Counted from the stretch's first letter, positions 10,007 through 19,703 are shown. The stretch is DNA of 64,000 bases from an uncultured Anaerolineaceae bacterium (GCA_964490575.1 CAZBDC010000002.1:20698-84697); one strand, 5' to 3'. Numbers and translations are program-made. The notes: generated by a model from the letters alone, not told the origin.

Positions 10007-10017
10007 ATTTCGTTGCG

Positions 10018-10902
10018 CTAACCGTTCAGTGGTTCGGAAATATTTCTAAGCAGCGACACAGCCACCGCCAGATTAAGCGCCGTGATGACCAAAAACGGGA
10101 TAGCGATGCCTGCGCCTTCAGGGGTTCCAGCCAGGGTCATCTTGACCACCATCGCGGAGACAGCCAGCCCAAGCGTGATGGCTTTCAAAACAAAGATCGA
10201 AGTGAGCAAATAGCCCCATGCGCTGCGGCGCAGTAGCAGAATGCCCGAGAGAACCGCGAGCGGGACGATCAAGCCCAGGTCCATGGCTTGAATGACAAAG
10301 GTGGTGGTGTTATCCAGCGCGGGCGGGATGTTTTGCAGGATCGGCGGGAGGACTTTACCCAGCCATGCCAGGGTCAGGAATCCGCCGATGAGGAAAAGAA
10401 GCGCAGCAATCCATCCACGCGGGAGGTCGCCGGAGAAGTGGCGCGGGAGAGTTTCTAAATCGAAAGACATCATGCACAGGATGAAGGCGTACAGGCTAAG
10501 CGAAAACAGCGCGACGTACACCAGAAACAGTGCATTGAACATCGTCAGCATGGACATGGACAGATAGGTGTAGAGGAAGAAGCCAATCGTGCCTGTGAGG
10601 ATTAATCGTCCGCGCAGCGAGCCGCGAAACGCCATCACGGCGGAGGTGACCAGCATGGGCAATCCGACCAACAGGGTGACAATGTCATTGCCCTGCTGCT
10701 GCGCCGCGCTGCTGACGGTGTCATAGTAGTACAGCCCATGCCCGTTAATCATCACAGTCTCACCGCGGTGACTTGTGAATGGATAGGGGACACCTGGCGT
10801 TTGATCAAATAATCCTGTCCCTGCGGCAAGGAGGGCGAGGAGAAAAATCAACGGGATAATAATGGTTAGGGCAGTCTTGTTTTTCATGATCTTTTTCACC
10901 AT
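10018..10902 (-). CDS. Polytopic membrane protein, function unknown
   Basis: 294 aa with about 8 hydrophobic helices. It overlaps the stop of the upstream CPBP gene by 7 nt. An alternative ATG is at 10887. Confidence 0.7.
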   Translation of the reverse strand: MVKKIMKNKTALTIIIPLIFLLALLAAGTGLFDQTPGVPYPFTSHRGETVMINGHGLYYYDTVSSAAQQQGNDIVTLLVGLPMLVTSAVMAFRGSLRGRLILTGTIGFFLYTYLSMSMLTMFNALFLVYVALFSLSLYAFILCMMSFDLETLPRHFSGDLPRGWIAALLFLIGGFLTLAWLGKVLPPILQNIPPALDNTTTFVIQAMDLGLIVPLAVLSGILLLRRSAWGYLLTSIFVLKAITLGLAVSAMVVKMTLAGTPEGAGIAIPFLVITALNLAVAVSLLRNISEPLNG

Positions 10903-11699
10903 TCAGAGATTGGGGAAAGCGCGGGTACATTCTTGTGATAAAAACGCAGCAATACCAAGGCTGCTATGACATAAAGAACCGAAAAGATGGCAAAGAAATG
11001 CACGCCTCCCGCAAAAAAGCGCAACGAGAAGTTGAAGCAGAAGTGAATCCAGAAAGCGATCAGCAAGTTATTGCACTGCTTCATGAAAACAGCCATGATA
11101 AACGTTATGGCAGTCATCACAATAATATTGGCGGCGATATAGATGACAGCTTGGGAGCCGGAATAGTCTGAAGCCACAAACCACAGCGGCGCGTGCCAGA
11201 AAGCCCAGATCAAACCCAGGATGAAATTGCCTTTGAGGAGTCCAAAACGATTTTCCAGTGCAGGGCGCAGGTATCCTCGCCACCCCGATTCTTCTCCGCT
11301 GGGACCCTGAAAGGCTGTGAGAAGAATCGTACCGCTTAAGGCGGCAGGGATCGTCAGTTGTGCCATGAACGATGTGTTCTCGATCACCGATAGCAACCAG
11401 ACTGCCAGAAGGAATATACCGAAAACAATCACCGGTATTACAGCCAGTAACTGAATGTTGAACCTGGCTTGAAAAGCGTTCTTGTAGAAATCCACGATGG
11501 TCATGCCTGGCTTCAACTTCTTCAGCATCAGCAGCAGCACAATCGTGGGCGACCAGCTGCCCAAAATGGTAATTCCGGTCATGACAGCCGGTGGTGCATC
11601 AAACACCATGGAAGCCAGACCACCCAGAACCAGGATGATGGACCAAAACGCCAGGTAAGAATACATCACGTACTGCCACATCGAATCAATCTTTTTCAT
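10896..11699 (-). CDS. CPBP family intramembrane glutamic endopeptidase (CAAX/Abi)
   Basis: All three motifs are present: GEESGWRGYLRP (EExxxR), WAFWHAPLW (FxxxH) and IHFCFNF (HxxxN). An AAGGAAA RBS is present. Confidence 0.85.
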   Translation of the reverse strand: MKKIDSMWQYVMYSYLAFWSIILVLGGLASMVFDAPPAVMTGITILGSWSPTIVLLLMLKKLKPGMTIVDFYKNAFQARFNIQLLAVIPVIVFGIFLLAVWLLSVIENTSFMAQLTIPAALSGTILLTAFQGPSGEESGWRGYLRPALENRFGLLKGNFILGLIWAFWHAPLWFVASDYSGSQAVIYIAANIIVMTAITFIMAVFMKQCNNLLIAFWIHFCFNFSLRFFAGGVHFFAIFSVLYVIAALVLLRFYHKNVPALSPISEW

Positions 11700-11738
11700 T
11701 TCGGTTTCCTTTTGTTCGCGTCTAGATTTGAGGAATAT

Positions 11739-12974
11739 TTACAATCCAGAGGATGATCTCAACCACCGGCCATCCTTAGGAGCAGCATAAGGCCTGTCAG
11801 AGCGTTGTAGGAATGCGTTGTTTTGCTTTAATTGCCTGTCCCAGTAGAAGTGAATCAAGCCGGTGGGAGCCAGCAGCTTGAATAGAAAAAGTATCCATTT
11901 TGACAAATGATCAGGGGCGGCCAGTTTCGCCAGGAGCGGCGCTGACATATGGCCGCTTTCAAGGACGGATCCGACCAACTCCACAAAAGGTGTCAGGATC
12001 CTTTCTTGTTCTTTGGTGGGTTGAAGCTGGATACCCTCAACACCGCCCTTGATGGCTGTACCCAGATAGTCTCTTTGGAGCCGCCGGGTCAAACTTTCAA
12101 AGTAGGCTTCCAGGAAGTGGGATTGGCTGCTTTCTGGAAAACCCTGCTGGATGATAAAACCCAGTGAGCCTTTGGAAGGTTGGAGCATTTCAAGAAAAGC
12201 CATCATGTGCGAAGGCATGGCATGGACATAAAGGGGCAGGGCAAAAATGACTGCGCTCTCCGCCGGGAATTCTGCTGCCCACTGCGGCCACATTTTCTTT
12301 TGCTTGAGATCACGGATAATGACATTCGACCCGTAGGTATCCGAAATCGCTTTGAGAATCAGAGCGGTATTGCTGCCGTGAAGCCTGGGGGATCCATTGT
12401 AGAGAATGAGGGTTTTCACCTTTTGGGTAGCATTGGGCTTCAAGACCTTGTTCCGGGCACGGCGCGGGAGCAGTTCTGCCAAAGCCCACGTGGGGTTCTT
12501 GTGAATCCGGTAGGCTTTGGACCGAAAATGGTAGGCTGTCCTGTAAAGATAATCTTCGATGATTTGCACTTCTTCTTGATGGAGATCCTGATCATCAAAA
12601 TAAAAGTGAAGGTCCGGGTAGCGCTCATATCGTGCTTTGTGATGGCACTCATCGTCAACGATTTCAATGTATGGATGATAGTGCGGGATGGTGCGGTCAA
12701 TAAATGCTTTGGCGCTGTGATTAATAAAGCCCTGGGCGGTATCCATGAGCAGGATCACTTTGTCGGAATTAACATAGTCCGGGTAGATTTCTGACATCGC
12801 ATCCTTACAGATACACCTGCCTGGCGTCTTCACCCAACAAGACCAACAACCGATACACGCTTTGATCGCGGCGGGGTCGAGTGCCTTGTAACGTGGTTGT
12901 TCGTCATACAAGGAGGAAATGGCAGCTATGGTTTCAGGGTCTGGATCAGTGCGCAAATCAAAAAGAGAAATCAT
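11739..12974 (-). CDS. Two-domain flavodoxin-like / NAD(P)H-dependent FMN reductase-like protein with an N-terminal Cys cluster
   Basis: The N-terminal half has CIGCWSCWVKTPGRCICKD (iron-sulfur flavoprotein / multimeric flavodoxin style). The C-terminal half starts KTLILYNGSPRLHGSNT (FMN-reductase-like). Confidence 0.6.
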   Translation of the reverse strand: MISLFDLRTDPDPETIAAISSLYDEQPRYKALDPAAIKACIGCWSCWVKTPGRCICKDAMSEIYPDYVNSDKVILLMDTAQGFINHSAKAFIDRTIPHYHPYIEIVDDECHHKARYERYPDLHFYFDDQDLHQEEVQIIEDYLYRTAYHFRSKAYRIHKNPTWALAELLPRRARNKVLKPNATQKVKTLILYNGSPRLHGSNTALILKAISDTYGSNVIIRDLKQKKMWPQWAAEFPAESAVIFALPLYVHAMPSHMMAFLEMLQPSKGSLGFIIQQGFPESSQSHFLEAYFESLTRRLQRDYLGTAIKGGVEGIQLQPTKEQERILTPFVELVGSVLESGHMSAPLLAKLAAPDHLSKWILFLFKLLAPTGLIHFYWDRQLKQNNAFLQRSDRPYAAPKDGRWLRSSSGL

Positions 12975-12989
12975 GGGATCCCATTCCTT

Positions 12990-13754
12990 TTAGAAATTCA
13001 TCCCGGCCAGCCAGGTGGTAAGCCCTGCCTCGCGGGCTTTGAAGTCATCATGATCTCCATTATGAGCACCTGGCTGGTATTCCCCGGCAATCTTGCCATC
13101 CAGGATGAACAGCACCCGCTCCGTTTTAGCGGCTACCTTGACATCGTGTGTGACCAGCAGGATGGTCACGCCAGTGTGATGAATTTCAGCCAACAGGCCC
13201 ATGATTTCGCTGGCTGAAGTCGAGTTCAGCGCGCCGGTCGGCTCATCGCCAAAGATAATTTTCGGGTCGCCCATCAGTGCGCGGCAGATGCCAACCCGCT
13301 GAAGCTGTCCACCCGACGCCTGGGTGATGTCGCGGTTCTCCAGCCCGGCAATGCCCGTTTTTTGCATCAGCGTCCTGGCTTTTTCGGTGAGCTGCGCGCC
13401 ATTTTTGCGGCCATCGCGCGCGGATGGCAGGATGATATTGTCGAGGATATTCAGGTTTCTCAGCAGGGTCGGTTGCTGGAAGACAAAGCCCATTTTGGTG
13501 CGGCGCAAGTCGGCGAGTTCGTTCTCTTTGAGCGCCGACAAGTCCGCGCCGTCGAAGGTGACTTTTCCACTGTCCACGCTGTCCATGCCGCTCAGGGCAT
13601 ACAGCAGGGTGGATTTTCCTGAACCAGACGGTCCCATTATGGCGACGAATTCGCCCTGGTGGATGTCCACTGTGATGCCGTCGAGGACGTTGCGTTTTTC
13701 TGCGCCCAGGCCGAAAGACTTGACAATGTTTTCACTGGTAATAAGGGTTTTCAT
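12990..13754 (-). CDS. ABC transporter ATP-binding protein (MacB/LolD/FtsE-like)
   Basis: Walker A GPSGSGKST, signature SGGQLQRV and Walker B IIFGDEPT are all present. Confidence 0.9.
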   Translation of the reverse strand: MKTLITSENIVKSFGLGAEKRNVLDGITVDIHQGEFVAIMGPSGSGKSTLLYALSGMDSVDSGKVTFDGADLSALKENELADLRRTKMGFVFQQPTLLRNLNILDNIILPSARDGRKNGAQLTEKARTLMQKTGIAGLENRDITQASGGQLQRVGICRALMGDPKIIFGDEPTGALNSTSASEIMGLLAEIHHTGVTILLVTHDVKVAAKTERVLFILDGKIAGEYQPGAHNGDHDDFKAREAGLTTWLAGMNF

Positions 13755-13757
13755 GGT

Positions 13758-16091
13758 TTACTCCTTGATATTTTCAGAGATTTTGATTTGTCCAGCGTCC
13801 AGGGTGCCGAAGATTGTCGCCATCAGCACTACTCCTGTCATCAGCAGCGGGCTGAGCAGGTAGGCAAAGACCGGGTTGGCGATGAATTTGAAGGACGCCG
13901 CCCCAAAAGAAGCAATCACCGCCCCCGCCAGCATCTCTCCAAGTGTGTTGGCCAGCAGCGTGCCGAGCAAGATTCCAATGACCAGGACAAACAATGAACG
14001 CGCTATATACTGCGACTTGATATCAGCGTTGGTAAAGCCGAAGGCTTTCATCACCGCAATCGCGTATCGGTCTTTAGCGACCAACATTTTCATGAACAAT
14101 AGCGTGATCAGCAAGGTGAGCATCAGCGCAACGCCGACAGCGGCATAGGCGGCTTTGCCGATCGCGCTGATCGTCCCGCCGTAGGTTTGCTGGATAAATT
14201 CATCAATGTCCGAGACTTTGGCGAAAGCGAACCTGCCCGCGTATTCGGCAACCTTTTCATCCACCAGCGCCGAGTCAACTAACTCGGCGGTGATGACGCT
14301 CCACATGGTGTCCGCCGAGTCGTCGGAGAAAACCGCTTTGGCAGTCTTACCACCGTTGGTCACATCAGAATACGTGCCGCAGACCGTAAGTGTTGTCTCG
14401 CGGTCATTTATGAGCAGCGTGATGACATCCCCCACCTTTTTGCCCATCTCGCTGGCATTCAACACCGAAAGCGCGATCTCTTCGCTTGCCGTGGGAGCAC
14501 GCCCCTCAGAATAGGCCAGGGGAAAGACCGAATGGTCGCTCAACTCAATCTTGAGACGTTCCTCCGAGCCGTCAGCCAGCTTGACGCGGAAGGTTTTGGT
14601 GGTCAGCACGACAAACCTGGATATAGACCGGTCATTTTCCATCGCGGTGGCGATTTCCGCCGCTTTTTCAGCGATGTGGTCGGTCTGCTGGATGTCAATG
14701 CGCAGATCGCTGTCCCCGACTCCCATGTAGGTGATAAAACTTTTCGAGGAGATAGTGTTGTGCAAATTCTGCGGGACGATGATGATAAACGCCGCCAGCA
14801 CCAGCACCGTCAGCATGGTGACATACAGGCTTTTCCGGGTTAGAACATCTTTTATGCCAAGGAAAACATTTGTGCCAAGCAGCTTGTTCATGCTCAGGCG
14901 GAAACGCCTTGCCCCGCCCGATTTTTCCTGCGAAACCCCGAAACGGACGGCCTCCGCCGGGGAGATTTTGCGAAACCGACCCAGAACGCCGTTCACATAG
15001 ACGCTGATTGCCAGGAAGACAATTGCCACGCTAACGATGCCCAGAAGCGGCGCCAGGGTGGCGTTTTCACTTTCGCCCATGTACAGCCGGATGTTAGCGA
15101 GCAGCGCGTCCCGAAAGACAAAGGAGAGCGCATACCCGAGCAGGCTGCCCGCCGCCGCGATGGCTAAGTATTTTGTCAGGTAGATTCTCTTGATGTCGGA
15201 AATGCGCAGCCCGATAGCCTTCATCACGCCGATTTCGCGGTAGTCATCTTCAATTTTTGCCAGCAGCGTGAAGCGAATGCACAGGAATGCGATGGCAATC
15301 ACCAGCCCACTGACCAGGAGGATGACTGCGATCATCAGACCATCCGAAAGACCGTTGAACATTCGAAAAAGCGGGTAGGTGAGGGTCGGTCCGTTGGCCT
15401 CCAGCCCGGCAGCGGTGTAGGCGGCCTCGAATGCGCCCAGATCATCCAGGTCGTGCAGGCGGAACTCGATCAGGTATTCCACGCTGCCGAACTGCTGGAG
15501 CGCCGCGAAATCACTTTGGCTTACCAGGAAGCGCTTGGACGAGGAAAGCAGCGGCTGCATTTGTGAGTCGCGGAGCGCCCCAGCGATTATGAACGTTTTC
15601 CCGGCTACGGTAACCGTTTCGCCAACCCGGGCGGTTCCATCCTGCACATAGGCGATCGGGACATAAATTTCCCCATCAGTGACGGTGATGATGTTGCCAT
15701 CCAGGTCGAGCAGGAAATCGAATTTTTCGCTCTGCACCGCAAAGCCGTTGTCCTGGACGCTGTCCGCCAGCGAACGGCTTCCAGACCCAAGCGCAGCAAA
15801 TACAAACTGCGCGCCGTCCACATTGAGGAATTCCACCACCTGGAAGTCGGCGACCGCCTTATTTTGATCCGCAAAAGCTGCCAGCCGCGCCACATCCAGT
15901 TCGCCGGCGTGCATTTGTGTGAAATGCGGCGTTTTGGCCTGCGTCATCAGGCTATCAATTGCGCCCGACAGGTTGACGACCAGGATAGCTGCCAGCGCAA
16001 CCAGCATGGCGGCTGCGGAGACGAACAGCAGCGTCGTCAATGTGATCGTCTTGCTTCTCAGGATATCGTTACGGAGTAATCGGTAAAACAT
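13758..16091 (-). CDS. ABC transporter permease with two FtsX-like domains
   Basis: 777 aa. The N-terminus is MFYRLLRNDILRSKTITLTT. TM clusters repeat, separated by large soluble segments. There is a 3-nt gap to the ATPase gene and an AGAGG RBS. Confidence 0.85.
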   Translation of the reverse strand: MFYRLLRNDILRSKTITLTTLLFVSAAAMLVALAAILVVNLSGAIDSLMTQAKTPHFTQMHAGELDVARLAAFADQNKAVADFQVVEFLNVDGAQFVFAALGSGSRSLADSVQDNGFAVQSEKFDFLLDLDGNIITVTDGEIYVPIAYVQDGTARVGETVTVAGKTFIIAGALRDSQMQPLLSSSKRFLVSQSDFAALQQFGSVEYLIEFRLHDLDDLGAFEAAYTAAGLEANGPTLTYPLFRMFNGLSDGLMIAVILLVSGLVIAIAFLCIRFTLLAKIEDDYREIGVMKAIGLRISDIKRIYLTKYLAIAAAGSLLGYALSFVFRDALLANIRLYMGESENATLAPLLGIVSVAIVFLAISVYVNGVLGRFRKISPAEAVRFGVSQEKSGGARRFRLSMNKLLGTNVFLGIKDVLTRKSLYVTMLTVLVLAAFIIIVPQNLHNTISSKSFITYMGVGDSDLRIDIQQTDHIAEKAAEIATAMENDRSISRFVVLTTKTFRVKLADGSEERLKIELSDHSVFPLAYSEGRAPTASEEIALSVLNASEMGKKVGDVITLLINDRETTLTVCGTYSDVTNGGKTAKAVFSDDSADTMWSVITAELVDSALVDEKVAEYAGRFAFAKVSDIDEFIQQTYGGTISAIGKAAYAAVGVALMLTLLITLLFMKMLVAKDRYAIAVMKAFGFTNADIKSQYIARSLFVLVIGILLGTLLANTLGEMLAGAVIASFGAASFKFIANPVFAYLLSPLLMTGVVLMATIFGTLDAGQIKISENIKE

Positions 16092-16248
16092 TGCTCGCCT
16101 CTGCTTTCTTTCTCAACACACGGCTATTGCTCAATTTTTTTCAAAGCGCATTAAGAAATGCGCGCTACTCTTTGTAAAACAGAACTCTGGACTGGTAAAA
16201 ACTTTTAGTAGTTCCAGGCCCTGGGAAATACAAGCGCAGAGGGTCCAA

Positions 16249-17355
16249 TCAACGCCCCGCTACGTTGTACTGAACTTCCAGAAGGTCAAAACGTCCATAT
16301 ACGAACTCACCTCCGGGAAGAGTCCAAATAGCCTCTCCCTTTACTGGCAGTTTGCGCCCACCAAACTCACGCCAATCCCCCACCGGGGTGGACCAACGAA
16401 GCTGTTCGTAAGTCCTGCCATCCAGTGTCCTGGAACGGTCATTGGAGACGAAGTCGACCAGCGCACCAGAATGATCGAACGACACCACCGCTGAGATCGT
16501 GTTGCCGGCATTTGTCCAGGTCGCTCGAACGGTCAGGGGATCCAGTTCCTCCCAGACAATATTTCGGTCAATCAATGTCGCCGGAGCAAGGATGAACATA
16601 TCATTGAGTAGCGTGACTGTCTCGCTCTTGTTCATCTCAGCGCCGCAGGCGTCAACCATTGTCAGTAAAGAAGCAATCCGCACCCTGAAAGTTGCCTCCG
16701 GGCCGACATAGCGGTGGAAAGCGTTGAAGGGTATGCCAAACATGGAAGACTCGATGAAGAAGAGACGCGCAGGTGGGTTGGTGAAGCTGTGCTGGTATGC
16801 TGTCATTGGCATCCACTTATCATTGGGACCGTTGCGAAGCACGCCGCTGAAGCGAACCCGGTAGTTCCATACCTGCGGTTTGTCCATCGCACCCACAAAC
16901 TTCAGGTAGCGCTGGACTACTAGGGGAAGATGCGCGGTATCTGCCTCTGTGAGTAGCCCTGGCTGCTGTAAATGCTCTCTGAGATTGTTTGTGACTTCAC
17001 GGTTGTAATTGGAACGGAAACTCCAGGGAGCTGCCCCGAGTGCCGCCACCACGATGGGGAACAACAGGATAATATTGGCGATTGTCCCGGCCTTAGCATC
17101 GTTCCAGGCAGTCAAGATCAAGACCTGTGACACCACGACTCCTAACGCAGCAGGCACCCACCACCACCGCATTGTCAGCAAGACCATCCCCGCACTCACG
17201 ATGAGTAACAACGCCGCGGCAAGCCAAAGGATTCCCATTGGGCGGGAGATCGCTGCTTGCAGTTGTGGCGGTTGAGCCAGACCAAATGCCTTCGTGAAAC
17301 CGAGAAGGTGGATGAGTCCGTGAATGGCGAGAAGGGCGATCAGGATATATTTCAT
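16249..17355 (-). CDS. Membrane-anchored protein of unknown function (4 N-terminal TM helices plus a soluble domain of about 230 aa)
   Basis: 368 aa with a GGGAG RBS. It starts 1 nt after the stop of the upstream membrane-protein gene. I think it resembles a DUF6544-type protein, but that is recall and is unverified. Confidence 0.7.
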   Translation of the reverse strand: MKYILIALLAIHGLIHLLGFTKAFGLAQPPQLQAAISRPMGILWLAAALLLIVSAGMVLLTMRWWWVPAALGVVVSQVLILTAWNDAKAGTIANIILLFPIVVAALGAAPWSFRSNYNREVTNNLREHLQQPGLLTEADTAHLPLVVQRYLKFVGAMDKPQVWNYRVRFSGVLRNGPNDKWMPMTAYQHSFTNPPARLFFIESSMFGIPFNAFHRYVGPEATFRVRIASLLTMVDACGAEMNKSETVTLLNDMFILAPATLIDRNIVWEELDPLTVRATWTNAGNTISAVVSFDHSGALVDFVSNDRSRTLDGRTYEQLRWSTPVGDWREFGGRKLPVKGEAIWTLPGGEFVYGRFDLLEVQYNVAGR

Positions 17356-17356
17356 T

Positions 17357-18271
17357 TCAAACTCCCTTTTTATTATGTGAAATGAGAGTCGAGTGTGTTA
17401 GCAGGTCTTGTTTGCTCCTTCCGGGACGAAGAGAACCAGCAACCAGGATCAAACTCGTTCCAATCGCTGAAACATACCAGCCCCATCCCAGTGACTTGAG
17501 CAAGGTAGGATAACCGGGCGCATAATTCACCTGCGCCAGGATCCCGGGCAGCAAGACCAGGCAGAGCAGTAGCCCAAGAAAGGCAATGCCGCCGCCAATA
17601 CGGGCAAACAAGCGTGACGCCGTCTGGCTGGCAATGAAAGCAAGCATGGCGCCCAGAATTAATAATAAATAGATGGCCATTACCCGGCCAGTTTCAACAT
17701 TTTCAAAGATCAGTGCGCCGTTGGATAATGTTGTACGGCGAACAAAGTCCACCGGCAGTACGTCAAAGCGGATTCGATCTGCCATGACCAATACCTCGGC
17801 ATGGAACAAACCGAGCGCACTTTTCCAAAATGCCAACCCGATCGAAAGGAGAATGACCAGGCTGCCAATCCCCGCCACCAATCTCCATGTACGTCCAGAT
17901 GTCCCTGATGAACCTTTTGCCTGGGGCGCCATCCAGAATTCGTAGGCCAGGAGCGCCGCCGCAACCAACAACAGGGTTCCCGGCAAGTACCAGAGCAGTC
18001 CAACGGTTGTAAAGCAAATTGCCGCGGGTAACAGCGCGCCCAGAAAAATTGCCAGCTTCCCATCCTCGGTTTGCGGTTCTTGCTTGCGAGCCACAATAAA
18101 GGTTGCGAGGGCCAGGCCACTTAAGAGAATGGTCACCAATCCCAGCACGGCCGGGTTTTCTTTGTTTCCAATCAAGGGTCTGATTTGCGCCCCTATACGA
18201 AACTCAATCAAGCCTGCCAGGATCCCAAGTGTGCTTCCGAACATTCCAGATTGAATAGAGAGTTTTTTCAC
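17357..18271 (-). CDS. Polytopic membrane protein, function unknown
   Basis: 304 aa with about 8 hydrophobic helices. The start is GTG at 18271, with an alternative ATG at 18244. Confidence 0.65.
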   Translation of the reverse strand: MKKLSIQSGMFGSTLGILAGLIEFRIGAQIRPLIGNKENPAVLGLVTILLSGLALATFIVARKQEPQTEDGKLAIFLGALLPAAICFTTVGLLWYLPGTLLLVAAALLAYEFWMAPQAKGSSGTSGRTWRLVAGIGSLVILLSIGLAFWKSALGLFHAEVLVMADRIRFDVLPVDFVRRTTLSNGALIFENVETGRVMAIYLLLILGAMLAFIASQTASRLFARIGGGIAFLGLLLCLVLLPGILAQVNYAPGYPTLLKSLGWGWYVSAIGTSLILVAGSLRPGRSKQDLLTHSTLISHNKKGV

Positions 18272-18300
18272 TTGTGCTTATTCCTAAATGAAAATCTTTT

Positions 18301-18342
18301 GGCTAATCCAACGATCCCATAAACAAGATCGCTGGATTAGCC
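18301..18342 (-). other. 16-bp intercistronic hairpin between the nitroreductase gene and the downstream membrane-protein gene
   Basis: GGCTAATCCAACGATC-N10-GATCGCTGGATTAGCC. The single non-Watson-Crick position is a G.U pair on the minus-strand RNA and an A.C mismatch on the plus strand. There is no adjacent U-tract. Confidence 0.35.
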
Positions 18343-18363
18343 AATTGCTAACAGCAGCTTGGG

Positions 18364-19479
18364 CTAGAGGAGAACCTCTTCGACCGGACGACGTAGAGAT
18401 TTCGGCATCGCTTCGGCATACCCGAAGCGCACCAGCAATTGCGGCAGGGAACTGCCCAGTCCAATGGCGCTCTGGAACTGCCCGCGCAGGGTGGATACCT
18501 CAATGGGCTGGTTGAGGAAGGCCGACTTGATGTTCAGTGATGTCATCGTGAGCGCCAGGCGTTCGTACACCTGTCCCGTACGCACCCAGGAAGCCCTGTC
18601 GTCCGATTCCGAAGCCACCACGACCGCGGCTGGCGAGGAGCGGAACTTCGCCGCGTCCGCGTCGGCCTGTTGCTGCGGTTTGGTTCCCGCCACAAACATC
18701 CGCCCGATCAAGCGCGGCACCTGGGGATTGCCCGAACAGATCGAATACAGTCCATCCAATGAGGACAGGGCCTCTTTTTTGTTGAAGCGCAGCCATGCAA
18801 TCAATTCGTCCACAAAGGCAGGTTCAGCATATTGAGCCAGGTTGCCGAGATTGACGTACTCCAGGAAGGTTTCCATCATGGTGGGATTGGTCGCAAATTG
18901 CAGCGTCACGCCCGGTTCCAACTGCAAAGCCTGCAGTTGATCAAGTTCTTCGTTTTTAATCAGACGACCATCGTATGCCGAGCGTGTATTCTGGCGCAGC
19001 GGGATGGCGCCGAACAACGGGCTGTCTTGCCGAGTATCGGCTGCCAGTTGAACGTGAATAAAATCTACTTGTTCAGGGTAAGAAACTTCGGCAGCGTATC
19101 CAGAAGCCCGGGCTGCAACCAGCAGGTTTTCCAACGCGCAGCCGAGGCTGATCCACAGCTCGCGATCCTGTGGGTCCACCACAGGCAGGCGGCGGGAATA
19201 ATCGGGATGGATCTCGATGGCGTTCTCTTTGATGGCGAACTTCCACGGTTGCGTGTTGTGCCCATTGGCTGCCAGGGTCGCATAATGGACAAGCGTCTGC
19301 AGTTGCGAGAATGAATTCATAACACTCCAAGTATTTCCAGCCTGTTCTTCATAATTTAGCCAGGGAGCATATTCTGAGAGGATATACCCGCCAACAACCG
19401 TTACGCCACCTGCCGCCATAAGCTTCAAAAAATTGCGGCGAGATAGCTTTTGTTTTTTGTCCATAATTAGGCTCCTCAT
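18364..19479 (-). CDS. Nitroreductase-fold (Acg-type) FMN oxidoreductase with a twin-arginine signal peptide
   Basis: Tat motif SRRNFLKLMAAGGVTVVGG. Two nitroreductase-like halves are present (ATLAANGHNTQPWKF...). Its start overlaps the upstream small ORF by 4 nt (ATGA). Confidence 0.8.
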   Translation of the reverse strand: MRSLIMDKKQKLSRRNFLKLMAAGGVTVVGGYILSEYAPWLNYEEQAGNTWSVMNSFSQLQTLVHYATLAANGHNTQPWKFAIKENAIEIHPDYSRRLPVVDPQDRELWISLGCALENLLVAARASGYAAEVSYPEQVDFIHVQLAADTRQDSPLFGAIPLRQNTRSAYDGRLIKNEELDQLQALQLEPGVTLQFATNPTMMETFLEYVNLGNLAQYAEPAFVDELIAWLRFNKKEALSSLDGLYSICSGNPQVPRLIGRMFVAGTKPQQQADADAAKFRSSPAAVVVASESDDRASWVRTGQVYERLALTMTSLNIKSAFLNQPIEVSTLRGQFQSAIGLGSSLPQLLVRFGYAEAMPKSLRRPVEEVLL

Positions 19480-19703
19480 TTTTCCTTTTCTATTTGTTGA
19501 ACCAGTGTCAGGGTCAGGCCCAGGTCGCGGATACGGGTGAGAATTCCGTGCAGTGCCGCCTGGTCAATGATGGTTCCACGCAGGATCGTTTCGCCATTGG
19601 CGGCGTGCTCTACCTCGAAACCATCGAACCAAACGGCGGCATTCTTTCCAAGATAACCCTGGACGCGGATTTCGTAATTCATCGCAGTGTCTTGTGTTTT
19701 CAT
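19476..19703 (-). CDS. Small conserved hypothetical protein (75 aa)
   Basis: MNYEIRVQGYL...DQAALHGILTRIRDLGLTLTLV resembles a widespread uncharacterised small-protein family. It is translationally coupled to the nitroreductase gene. An alternative start is M8 at 19682. Confidence 0.65.
   Translation of the reverse strand: MKTQDTAMNYEIRVQGYLGKNAAVWFDGFEVEHAANGETILRGTIIDQAALHGILTRIRDLGLTLTLVQQIEKEK

Noticed and set aside
16146-16163. 7-bp hairpin GCGCATT-AAGA-AATGCGC in the gap between the two minus-strand operons
   Set aside because: The stem is short. On the minus strand it is followed by TTTGAAAAAAA rather than a U-tract. This is too weak to call a terminator.
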